Below are positions 33,455 through 42,374 of a stretch of 46,694 nt of DNA, piece by piece. The position numbers were made by a program, and so were the translations under genes. This DNA comes from Patescibacteria group bacterium (GTDB lineage Bacteria; Patescibacteriota; Dojkabacteria; SC72), in assembly GCA_018818345.1 (NCBI GenBank), contig JAHISI010000016.1, positions 1 to 46,694 of the forward strand, written 5' to 3'. The notes beneath the pieces were generated by a model. The model saw only the letters and a program-made list of their open reading frames with translations, had not been told where the DNA came from and searched no databases. Every line of letters starts with the position of its first letter. Position 1 is the stretch's first letter.

Positions 33455-34273
33455 ATGAAAAATAGTCCTTCCAAAGTAGAAAATAATAGCATAGCAATAT
33501 ATCTTTCATTGGTATTGGCAACTGCTTTTTTACTAATAGATGGATTTGGTAATTTGGCAGGATTAAGGAACGGAATATCGTTTACATTTGAGCCAATATC
33601 ATTTCAAGCAAATAATGCAGGAACAAAAGTAGGAGAGTATTTTCAGACATTTGTGAATCTCGGAGCGTTTAGAAAGGAATTTAATGATTTGAAAATAAAA
33701 TCATACGAGAATGAGACTCAATATTCCAACTATCTCATCCTTAAGAATGAAAACGAAGCATTGAAGAAGCAGATAGCATTGGGAAATAAGGATTCAAAGT
33801 ATGTTTTGTCTAATGTTTTACGAGACGATAACGTTGATATATTGCTCATAGATCAGGGAAGTGAATCAGGAATTAGGCAAGGGGATGTGGTTTCAGTAGG
33901 AAACGTCTTTGTAGGTATAGTCTCGAGTGTTGATTTAAAGGGTAGCACGGTAAGACTTCCTTCTAACGAAAGCTCACATCTTGAAGTCGTTGTTTTGAAG
34001 TCTGGAAGCGATAATGTGACAAAAGCCAATATCCTTAGCGATGCAGTAGTAAGCGGCTCTGCCGAGGGTATTAAGATTGAGAATATCTCGATGAACTCTA
34101 GTGTTGCCAATGGAGATATTGTTCATATTAACGATTCAAAAGTAGGTGGATATTTTGCTTTAGGGTATATTGTTGGACTTTCAAGTAATCCTGCAAGTAC
34201 ATATAAAACAGCATTTGTTTCTCCAATTCTCGACTATGATAATCTAATGCAAGTGTTTGTTAAGGTAGAATAA
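33455..34273 (+). CDS. mreC: Rod shape-determining protein MreC
   Basis: 272 aa with an N-terminal TM helix and a coiled-coil segment (..LKNENEALKKQIA..). Beta-barrel-type segments follow (GDVVSVGNVFVGIVSSV, GDIVHIND). Position is between mreB and mreD. Confidence 0.8.
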   Translation: MKNSPSKVENNSIAIYLSLVLATAFLLIDGFGNLAGLRNGISFTFEPISFQANNAGTKVGEYFQTFVNLGAFRKEFNDLKIKSYENETQYSNYLILKNENEALKKQIALGNKDSKYVLSNVLRDDNVDILLIDQGSESGIRQGDVVSVGNVFVGIVSSVDLKGSTVRLPSNESSHLEVVVLKSGSDNVTKANILSDAVVSGSAEGIKIENISMNSSVANGDIVHINDSKVGGYFALGYIVGLSSNPASTYKTAFVSPILDYDNLMQVFVKVE

Positions 34274-34290
34274 TTTGAATATATATTAAA

Positions 34291-34785
34291 ATGTCGATAT
34301 TGTACGTGCTTTTAACTACATTCGGAGTCATCTTTTTGGAAAGCTTTTTAGTAGCCTTGGCTAATTTGAGGTTTCTTTTCCTGTTGAACGTGTCTCTTTT
34401 TAACAAAATTAATTGGAAGCACTTACTGTCTTTTTCTCTTTTGAGCTCCTTAATCCTTGATGTCATATATCACTATGTGCTTGGAACTAACCTGTTAATG
34501 GTTGCCGTTCCTTTACTCATAATGCTTTTAATATCTCTCATCGTACCATTAGAAAATAGTTTGCCAGGTTACAGTGTTAAGTTTGTCTGTATCTTTCTTT
34601 ACTACCTCTTCGTTTCATTTGTCCCTAACCTCATTTTAACTGGACAGGGAACAGTCATAACGGGTGTGATGCTAGGGGGAATGGTATTGAAGGCAGCTAT
34701 ATCTGTGCTCTTCTGTGTAGTGTTTGATGTCGTATGGAGTAGGCTAAGAAAGAAGGAAGAAGGAACGAAATTAAGATCTTTGTAG
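34291..34785 (+). CDS. mreD: Rod shape-determining protein MreD (polytopic membrane protein)
   Basis: 164 aa with about 5 TM helices. The assignment is mainly by its conserved position between mreC and mrdA. Confidence 0.6.
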   Translation: MSILYVLLTTFGVIFLESFLVALANLRFLFLLNVSLFNKINWKHLLSFSLLSSLILDVIYHYVLGTNLLMVAVPLLIMLLISLIVPLENSLPGYSVKFVCIFLYYLFVSFVPNLILTGQGTVITGVMLGGMVLKAAISVLFCVVFDVVWSRLRKKEEGTKLRSL

Positions 34786-34793
34786 GGAATATA

Positions 34794-36803
34794 ATGGAAT
34801 TAAAATTTTCAAAAAAGTTTAAAATAACCCAAAATAAGACTACTAGCAAACATAGCAATGCTGTTTTGTTAAAAGGGGATATTAAACACAATGTTAAGAA
34901 GGCTCTAAAGTCTTCTCCCGAGTATTCTCCAGGATCTCCTTGGAACTATCTTGTCGCCTTTATGCTTTTCTTTGGGCTATTTGCCATCCTCCTGTGGCAG
35001 CTTTCTGCGCTTCAAATTACAAATGGGGAAGAAATGCTGGCTAAATCAGAGAATAACCAGGTCAGGATAGAGAGTATTCCTGCATACAGAGGGGTGATAT
35101 TTGATAGAAATGGCACTAAGTTAGTGGAGAATGTGGCCTCTGTAGGGCTGTATATAATGATTGATAAATACATTGAAGATGGTGAAGTGGATAACACCCT
35201 TCTTGAAGAGACCTCTAATACCCTTGGGGGTATACTAGGGGCTCACTGGAAGAATATCTCAGATGACAAAAAGACAGAGTACGCATCTATTCTTGAAAGA
35301 GTACTTACAATACATGGGGAAAGCCCATATTTCACCGATATCTTAATTGCTTCCGATCTTAGTAATGAGGAGGTAATACAGATTAAGGCATCATCGGAAA
35401 AACTTTTGGGTATATATATAGATGATGGTAGTAAGAGGTCATATCCTTACAAAAATATTCTTTCTGCAATCCTGGGCTATACAGGAGACGTTACTGCAGA
35501 GGATTTGGATAGTATTGATTACCTTAATTCTACAGATGTGGTTGGTAGAACAGGCTTAGAGAGAGAATATGACGAACAATTAGCTGGTGAAGATGGAAAG
35601 ATAGCATGGGAAGTGGATGCCTTAGGTAAGAAGATCTCAGAAGAAGGTTTGGCACTTAGTGAACCTGTTTCGGGCAAAAACTTGTATCTCACATTGGATA
35701 TGGATATGCAGAAAAAGCTATACCAAGTCATACAATCAGGTACGAAAAGCTCAAAAGCAACTGGTGGTGCAGGAATCATAGAGGATGTTAATTCTGGTGA
35801 AATCATATCAATGGTTACATACCCAAGCTACGACAACAATCTTTTCATTGGGGGGATCTCCATAAAAGACTATGCCAAGCTTCTTAACGACAAAACCAAT
35901 CCTTTAATGGATCGAGCCATAGCTGCACAAGTGCCTGCGGGTTCTACATTTAAAACAATGGTAGCTACTGCAGCCTTAGACGCTGGAGCTATAACTAAAT
36001 ACACACAATATACCAGCTATGCAGGCTACAAATTCTCCAATGGAGCTTTGTTTCAGGAGTATCACAACCATTCATATGGGACTTTAAATGTAGTTGGAGC
36101 TTTAACTGTGTCATCAAACATATATTTCTGTGAACTCATTAGGCATTGGGATATGAATTCCCTAGTCCCATACCTAGACAAATTTGGGATTGGAAGAGTT
36201 ACAGGTATAGATATTCCGGGAGAAATGGCAGGTAGAGTACCTTCTCCTGCGAACAAGATGCTTTTAGCTAATTCTACGAGTCCATGGCTTGAACCGGTCT
36301 GGTATCCAGAGGGAGATTCATGTAACTCTGTGATTGGGCAGGGTATCGGATTGGTTACACCGATACAGATGTCTAACTGGGTTGCCGCAATAGCTAATGA
36401 AGGTACACTTTACAAACCACATATAGCTAAATACTTTGAGGATGAGAACCAAAACAGGGTTGATATACCTGTTGAAATTTTACAAAGCAATATTGCTAAG
36501 GCTGATGCTTTCAATATTGCCAAGGAAGGTATGTGGTCTGCAGTAAATGGTAGTGGAGCATCAATATCTTCTCTCGCAAATCTTGGTGTTGTTGTTGCAG
36601 CCAAGACAGGTACTGCAGAGTTTGGAACAGTAGATAGCAAGGGGAACTACGAACATACTCATGCATGGGTAACGGGTTTCTTCCCATATGACAAACCTAA
36701 ATATTCTTTTAGTATCTTCCTTGAAGATGGTGGAGAGAGTCTCAATGCGGTAAGGATAATGAGGGAGATGATTACGTGGATGGTTAAAGAGGGTAAGATT
36801 TAA
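34794..36803 (+). CDS. mrdA: Penicillin-binding protein 2 (elongasome transpeptidase)
   Basis: 669 aa with an N-terminal TM helix and a PBP dimerisation region (RG.I.DRNG). Transpeptidase motifs are STFK, SSN and KTGTA. Confidence 0.9.
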   Translation: MELKFSKKFKITQNKTTSKHSNAVLLKGDIKHNVKKALKSSPEYSPGSPWNYLVAFMLFFGLFAILLWQLSALQITNGEEMLAKSENNQVRIESIPAYRGVIFDRNGTKLVENVASVGLYIMIDKYIEDGEVDNTLLEETSNTLGGILGAHWKNISDDKKTEYASILERVLTIHGESPYFTDILIASDLSNEEVIQIKASSEKLLGIYIDDGSKRSYPYKNILSAILGYTGDVTAEDLDSIDYLNSTDVVGRTGLEREYDEQLAGEDGKIAWEVDALGKKISEEGLALSEPVSGKNLYLTLDMDMQKKLYQVIQSGTKSSKATGGAGIIEDVNSGEIISMVTYPSYDNNLFIGGISIKDYAKLLNDKTNPLMDRAIAAQVPAGSTFKTMVATAALDAGAITKYTQYTSYAGYKFSNGALFQEYHNHSYGTLNVVGALTVSSNIYFCELIRHWDMNSLVPYLDKFGIGRVTGIDIPGEMAGRVPSPANKMLLANSTSPWLEPVWYPEGDSCNSVIGQGIGLVTPIQMSNWVAAIANEGTLYKPHIAKYFEDENQNRVDIPVEILQSNIAKADAFNIAKEGMWSAVNGSGASISSLANLGVVVAAKTGTAEFGTVDSKGNYEHTHAWVTGFFPYDKPKYSFSIFLEDGGESLNAVRIMREMITWMVKEGKI

Positions 36804-36837
36804 TCAATTTTTCATATCCATCTGCCATACTCTACAT

Positions 36838-37521
36838 ATGCCATATATATGTATGAGTGATTCTAAATATCCTAGTCTTTTGAAAGAGATACATAATCCT
36901 CCAAAGAGGTTGTATTGTAAGGGAAATATGGATTTGCTGGGGGAGCGGTGTTTAACTATCGTTGGTACCAGAAAAGCTACAAAATATGGTACAGAAGTAT
37001 TGAATATGCTGCTTCAACCATATCTCATTGATTTAGATATATGTATTGTTAGTGGTTTAGCGAAGGGGATAGATACAATGGTGCATAGAAGGTGTTTGGA
37101 GTTGGGAATCCCAACAATTGCTGTCATCGCGGGAGGTATAGAGAATATATATCCACTTTCCAATACGGATATATATGAAGAGATTTCCTACAAAGGATTA
37201 GTTTTAGCTGAACACGAGGGTAGGGTTGATATGCACAAAGGTATGTTCCCAATGCGTAATCGGATACTGGCAGGGCTTTCGGAGACCACAATAGTCATAG
37301 AAGCGGATATCCAAAGTGGATCATTGGTTACAGCAAATCTAGCGCTAGAATTTAACAGAGATGTATATACAATTCCGGGAGATATTACCAAGGATACTTC
37401 TCGTGGATGCAATCTGCTAATTAAACAAGGCGCAGATGTAATTACTTGTGAAGATGATCTAAAACAGATATTAGGCATAGAGGCGGAGCAATTAAAACTG
37501 ATTGTAGACAAGAGTTTGTAG
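36838..37521 (+). CDS. dprA: DNA-processing protein DprA (minimal, Rossmann-fold core only)
   Basis: 227 aa with IVGTRKAT.YG, SGLAKGIDT..H, F..RNRI.AGLS and SGSL.TA. It lacks the N-terminal SAM and C-terminal winged-helix extensions. Confidence 0.85.
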   Translation: MPYICMSDSKYPSLLKEIHNPPKRLYCKGNMDLLGERCLTIVGTRKATKYGTEVLNMLLQPYLIDLDICIVSGLAKGIDTMVHRRCLELGIPTIAVIAGGIENIYPLSNTDIYEEISYKGLVLAEHEGRVDMHKGMFPMRNRILAGLSETTIVIEADIQSGSLVTANLALEFNRDVYTIPGDITKDTSRGCNLLIKQGADVITCEDDLKQILGIEAEQLKLIVDKSL

Positions 37522-37538
37522 GGTAGATGTTGTGAATG

Positions 37539-37594
37539 TGTGCACAACAAGAATATATTAAAAATGAAGAGCACATTTTGTGCACAGATTGACA
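37539..37594 (+). promoter_or_regulatory. Two TGTGCACA palindromes plus a TTGACA hexamer upstream of topA
   Basis: TGTGCACA occurs at 37539-37546 and 37579-37586. TTGACA at 37589-37594 is followed after 18 nt by TATTTT. The -10 assignment is weak because it would place the SD at or upstream of the transcription start. Confidence 0.3.
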
Positions 37595-37631
37595 ATACTA
37601 ATTAATTTAATGTATTTTAAGAGGCAAGCAT

Positions 37632-39767
37632 ATGGAAAAGAAAAAGAAATCATACAAAAACCTACTAATTGTTGAGTCTCCTGCAAAAGCGAAGACCATT
37701 AACAAGTATTTAGGTACAGATTACAAAGTAATGGCCACTGTTGGCCATATTATTGACCTTCCAAAGAGTAAGCTTGGGGTTGATATTGAAAAGAACTATG
37801 AACCTTTGTTTGAAACAATATATGGTAAGGGCAAGATCATCACTGATTTGAAACGAGCAGTACCTAAGGATGGAAATGTCTTCTTAGCAATGGACCCTGA
37901 CCGTGAAGGAGAGGCCATAGCATGGCATGTAAACAGTGTATTGAAGTCTAAAAATGTAAAGCGAGTTATGTTCAATGAAATTACCAAGGATGCCGTCTTA
38001 GAGGCTGTTAAACATCCAATTGAGATTGATGAGAATCTTGTAGAAGCACAGAAGGCAAGAAGGATATTGGACAGATTGGTTGGATACAAGCTTTCAGAAT
38101 TACTTTGGAAGAAGATATGGTATGGACTTTCAGCAGGTAGAGTACAGTCTGTAGCATTGAGATTGGTTGTTGAAAGAGAAGAGGAGAGAGAGGCTTTTAA
38201 AGCGGAGGAATATTGGGATTTTGGAGTAGAGGTTAAGGATGGTAATGGAAACAAACTAGATGCAAAATTGGCTCAAAAGGATGGAAAGAAATATATTCCT
38301 AAGGATAAAGATGAGGTTGAGGGGATTGAAAAGACATTGGGATCTTCTGATTACACAGTTAAAGATGTTGTAGTAAGGAAGGTTCACAAGCATCCATTTC
38401 CACCGTTTACTACATCTACACTTCAACAGGCAGCAAACAATGTATTAGGATATTCTTCTAAGAGAACAATGGCTATTGCTCAGATCTTGTATCAGGCTGG
38501 TTACATTACATATATGAGAACTGACTCATTCAATCTTAGTAGTAAAGCAATAGATTCGATTAGAGAATTGATTAACAACAAATATGGTGTTGAATATTTG
38601 CCAGAACATCCAAACTTCTACAAAACTAGAAGCAAGGGTGCGCAAGAAGCTCACGAAGCTATACGTCCTTCAGATATCAATGTAACTAGAGAGAAGATTG
38701 AGGCTCAATTTGGTAGTGCAGAAGCAAAACTCTATGATTTAATATGGAAGCGAGTTGTTTCTTGTCAGATGACAGACAAACAGGCAGAGATATTGACAGT
38801 TTCTTTGGTTAGTAAAGATGTGAAGAAACCTGAATATGTATTTACATTGGGTGGTGAGACTACTTTGTTTGATGGCTTTAGAAAAGTATTAGGTACTGGA
38901 AAGATTGCTGATGATTTACAAGAGATTTCTAAGATAGCGAAGGGGGATATTTTGAAATGGATTAAGTTTGTTAAGGAACAGAAATATACTCAACCTCCTG
39001 CTAGATATACTGATGCTTCATTGGTTAAGAAACTAGAAGCATTGGAGATTGGTAGGCCTTCTACATATGCATCTATCATTTCTACTATTGAAGCGAGGGG
39101 ATATATCATTAAGGAAGCTAAGGCTTTGATTCCTACTGATGTTGGTAGAATTGTTACTAATTTCCTCAGAGATAACTTTAAGAGGTTGGTAGATTACAAA
39201 TATACTGCAAAGGTGGAGGCTGAACTGGATGGTATTGCTGATGGTAAGATGAAGTATGTCGTGGTTATGGATGAACAATACAAACCTTTGGTTGAGGAGA
39301 TTGCTAAAGCTGAGAAGGATGTTAACAAGGAGGATGTTGTAATACTAGGTAAATCTGATGAGAAGTGTCCTGAGTGTGGTGGTGAGATGATTATACGTAT
39401 TGGTAGGTATGGTAAATTCCTTAGTTGTGCTAAATTCCCTGAGTGTAAGGGTATGAAGGATTTGTCTGGGAATGAGGAGAGTTTGGATTTTGCTAAATAT
39501 CTTAGACCTGAGAAGTGTCCTAAGTGTGGTGGGGAATTGGTATTGAAGAATAGTAAATATGGTAAGTTCTGGGCTTGTAAGGACTATCCTAAGTGTAAGG
39601 GTACGGTTCCTCTTCTTTTGCAAGAGAAGTGTCCTGAGTGTAATCATCCTTTGGTTGAGAGAAGGAGTAAGTGGGGTAGGACTTTTACAGGATGTAGTAA
39701 CTATCCGGAGTGTAAGTATATTAAGAAGACATTTAAGGCTAAGAAGAAAAAGAAGAGTTCAGAGTAA
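37632..39767 (+). CDS. topA: DNA topoisomerase I
   Basis: 711 aa with a TOPRIM N-terminus (LLIVESPAKAKTI, DPDREGEAIAWH) and the active-site Tyr context (ITYMRTDS). Three C-terminal C4 zinc ribbons (CPECGG...C..FPEC etc.) and a Lys-rich tail follow. Confidence 0.97.
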   Translation: MEKKKKSYKNLLIVESPAKAKTINKYLGTDYKVMATVGHIIDLPKSKLGVDIEKNYEPLFETIYGKGKIITDLKRAVPKDGNVFLAMDPDREGEAIAWHVNSVLKSKNVKRVMFNEITKDAVLEAVKHPIEIDENLVEAQKARRILDRLVGYKLSELLWKKIWYGLSAGRVQSVALRLVVEREEEREAFKAEEYWDFGVEVKDGNGNKLDAKLAQKDGKKYIPKDKDEVEGIEKTLGSSDYTVKDVVVRKVHKHPFPPFTTSTLQQAANNVLGYSSKRTMAIAQILYQAGYITYMRTDSFNLSSKAIDSIRELINNKYGVEYLPEHPNFYKTRSKGAQEAHEAIRPSDINVTREKIEAQFGSAEAKLYDLIWKRVVSCQMTDKQAEILTVSLVSKDVKKPEYVFTLGGETTLFDGFRKVLGTGKIADDLQEISKIAKGDILKWIKFVKEQKYTQPPARYTDASLVKKLEALEIGRPSTYASIISTIEARGYIIKEAKALIPTDVGRIVTNFLRDNFKRLVDYKYTAKVEAELDGIADGKMKYVVVMDEQYKPLVEEIAKAEKDVNKEDVVILGKSDEKCPECGGEMIIRIGRYGKFLSCAKFPECKGMKDLSGNEESLDFAKYLRPEKCPKCGGELVLKNSKYGKFWACKDYPKCKGTVPLLLQEKCPECNHPLVERRSKWGRTFTGCSNYPECKYIKKTFKAKKKKKSSE

Positions 39768-39795
39768 TTTCATATATATCCTCTATGATATATAT

Positions 39796-40428
39796 ATGCT
39801 TCCAAGAGAAAAATATTTAGAAAGGGGTATAGATAGCCTCAGTGATATGGAATTAATAGCCATTATTATTGGTTCTGGTATTAAGGGTCATGATTTTATG
39901 TCTGTCTCTAGATCTGTGGTATATCGTATTCGTAAATCCATCAAGAAGAATGGGTATGTAGATATTAAGGATATTGTTGATATTCTTGGTATTGGTTTAG
40001 CTACTGCTATGAAGATTCTTTCTGGTATTGAATTGGGTAGGAGGTTGTATGATCTTGGGAGTAAGGAGAAAACAACTGTTAGTAATTCTCAAGAGGCTTA
40101 CTATTTGTTAAAGGGTATGGGTAGTAAGAAGCAGGAATATATTGTTGGGTTGTTTCTTAATTCTAGGTTTGAGTTGTTAGAACAACGTACGTTAGCTATT
40201 GGTACTGTGGATGGGGCTGGGTTACTTCCTAGGGATGTTATTATTCCTGCATTAGAACTTAATGCTAGTTCTGTTATATTGGCACATAACCATCCGTCTG
40301 GGGATCCTTTACCTAGTGATGAGGATTTTGCTGTTACAGAGAGGGTAGTGAAAGCTTTAGATTTGGTAGGGATGAAGTTACTCGATCATATGGTTATAGG
40401 GAGGGAGAGTTGGAAGAGCATAGGCTAG
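39796..40428 (+). CDS. radC: RadC-family JAB/MPN-domain protein
   Basis: From the ATG at 39796: MLPREKYL..G...LSD.ELIAIIIGSG, an HhH region and the JAMM motif HNHPSGDPLPSDED. The upstream part of the track ORF overlaps topA and is rejected. Confidence 0.9.
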   Translation: MLPREKYLERGIDSLSDMELIAIIIGSGIKGHDFMSVSRSVVYRIRKSIKKNGYVDIKDIVDILGIGLATAMKILSGIELGRRLYDLGSKEKTTVSNSQEAYYLLKGMGSKKQEYIVGLFLNSRFELLEQRTLAIGTVDGAGLLPRDVIIPALELNASSVILAHNHPSGDPLPSDEDFAVTERVVKALDLVGMKLLDHMVIGRESWKSIG

Positions 40429-40433
40429 AAAGA

Positions 40434-41009
40434 TTAAGGAGTTGTTTCGTTAAAAAGATGGTTCTTTTCAATAATAGTTTTCGTTTTTATTACAACTGAT
40501 GCAAGATCTAACATAATATTAAATATCCAGAAGTCAAACAAATCTCCCATTGTATTTTTCAGACCTTTGTACTTATTAATCAGATCATCATCCTTTGCAT
40601 GGATGTATCCACCATAAAGAAAAATGCCGATCAATTCTTTATTGGAAAGAGGAATCCCCTTATACGTTATTGCAACTTGTTTTTGCTTTGGATTAAGAAT
40701 CTCATTCCAAACTCCCTTTAGCTTTTTAATATTTTCAGAGTCAATGGAGCTTTTTATAAGAATATTTGTTATGTACTGGAAATTAACATATTCACCATCC
40801 ATAAGGAATTGTCTTATCAAACGGGTGAATTTTTCAATATCTTCGTCTGCGGGGAAATTTTTGTTATATTCAACAGATTGACCGTTTTCGATTCTTATTG
40901 ATAGCCGAATTCTAGAGTTTTCCCTTACAGAGTTCATTGCGCGTGAAGATTCTAACTCTTTAACTTGGTCACAAAATAGTTTTAGACATTTTATTTCTTC
41001 TTTTTTCAT
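40434..41009 (-). CDS. Hypothetical protein
   Basis: 191-aa ORF in very AT-rich sequence, convergent with radC across a 5-nt gap. No motif recognised. Confidence 0.5.
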   Translation of the reverse strand: MKKEEIKCLKLFCDQVKELESSRAMNSVRENSRIRLSIRIENGQSVEYNKNFPADEDIEKFTRLIRQFLMDGEYVNFQYITNILIKSSIDSENIKKLKGVWNEILNPKQKQVAITYKGIPLSNKELIGIFLYGGYIHAKDDDLINKYKGLKNTMGDLFDFWIFNIMLDLASVVIKTKTIIEKNHLFNETTP

Positions 41010-41225
41010 ATATAAATATTTCTAATTTATTTTATTATTTAATTATAACCTTTTGTATAATTTGAAGAAATCAAATGAGAATAAGATAAATGTTTATTAC
41101 TAACCTTGCATTCTCCTCATTCTCTTTGTATAATCCCTATGTTATTTAATCTCATATATCCCTGTAATTTTCCTGGATGATAAATATCACCCAACAGAGA
41201 TATTAATAAAAGGAAACATATAAAA

Positions 41226-42356
41226 ATGGAAAACCAAAAACAAACAGTCGTAGAAACACAGACTTTAAACAAAGTTTCAAATGTAAAAACCCCAGAGATA
41301 CTAGATTTACTTAAAGCAGGCTGTCATTTCGGACACAAGAAAAGTGCTTGGAATCCAAGAATGAAACAGTACATATATGAAGAAAGAAATGGTATTCATA
41401 TCATAGACTTAGTAAAAACACAGGAACTCATAACATCAACAATAAAAGCATTAAGTGAACTAACCGAAAAAGGAAACATCCTTTTTGTAGGAACCAAAGG
41501 ACAAGCAGCATCAATAGTTGAAAAAGTAGCTACCGAAAACGGTGCCTTCTATGTAAACAAAAGATGGCCAGGTGGACTATTCACAAACTTTGATACTATT
41601 AAAAAGAGTGTACAAGGATTGGTAAAGATGGAAGAAAGCCTCGCAAGAGGAGGAGAAGATCTTGTTAAGAAGGAAAGACTCTTCATGCAAAGAGAATCAG
41701 AGAAGATGGATAGAATATACAAAGGTATTAAGTTCATGGACAAATTACCTGCAGCAGTAGTTGTAGTAGACAGTAAGGTTGAAAAATTAGCAATCAAAGA
41801 AGCAAAGATTGCACATATTCCAATCATTGCACTCATAGACACAAACTGTAATCCAGATCTTGTAGATTACCCAATCCCAGCAAATGACGACTCTCTAAAG
41901 AGTATATCTTTACTCGTAGAGATATTGGGTCAGGTAGTAGGAGAATCTAAGAAATCACAAGGTATTGTTGCATTAAGAAACAGCCAAAAAGCAACATTAG
42001 AAACATTAGCTAGGCAGTATGCAGAACAGAAAGAAAGAGAAACAAGAATGGAAGCAGAAGACAGAGAAAGAATGAAATCCCTAAGAGAAGGAAAGATAGC
42101 TGAATCTAAAGGAACAGTCGTAAGAGTTGTTAAAAAAGATATCAGTGGAGAAATAGCAGCAGCTGAAGAAGCAAAAAAGATGGTTGATTCTAAAAGTGTT
42201 GAGGACCTAGGACTATCCGTAAGAATAGTTAAGGCTCTTGCAGATAGTGGAATCAAGAATGTAAGTGATCTCTCAGGTAAAACCAAAGAAGATTTAGTTG
42301 AAATCAAGGGAGTAGGAGAGAAAGCTGCAGTAGACATTTTGAAATCACTTAAATAA
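41226..42356 (+). CDS. rpsB: 30S ribosomal protein S2 with long C-terminal extension ending in an RpoA-alphaCTD-like helix-hairpin-helix domain
   Basis: The S2 core (GCHFGHKKS.WNP.M..YI, FVGTK.QA, VVVVD...E..AI.EA..L.IP.IAL.DTN..P) ends near aa 245. A charged linker follows, then VEDLGLSVRIVKALADSGIKNVSDLSGKTKEDLVEIKGVGEKAAVDILKSL. Confidence 0.95.
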   Translation: MENQKQTVVETQTLNKVSNVKTPEILDLLKAGCHFGHKKSAWNPRMKQYIYEERNGIHIIDLVKTQELITSTIKALSELTEKGNILFVGTKGQAASIVEKVATENGAFYVNKRWPGGLFTNFDTIKKSVQGLVKMEESLARGGEDLVKKERLFMQRESEKMDRIYKGIKFMDKLPAAVVVVDSKVEKLAIKEAKIAHIPIIALIDTNCNPDLVDYPIPANDDSLKSISLLVEILGQVVGESKKSQGIVALRNSQKATLETLARQYAEQKERETRMEAEDRERMKSLREGKIAESKGTVVRVVKKDISGEIAAAEEAKKMVDSKSVEDLGLSVRIVKALADSGIKNVSDLSGKTKEDLVEIKGVGEKAAVDILKSLK

Positions 42357-42374
42357 CTTTTAACAAATACTGCA

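Noticed and set aside
39559-39795. N-terminal 79 codons of the 289-aa track ORF, which extend radC back into topA.
   Set aside because: The segment overlaps the topA zinc-ribbon coding region in another frame and translates to Arg/Leu/Ser-rich noise. The RadC consensus N-terminus (MLPREK...) starts at the ATG at 39796.
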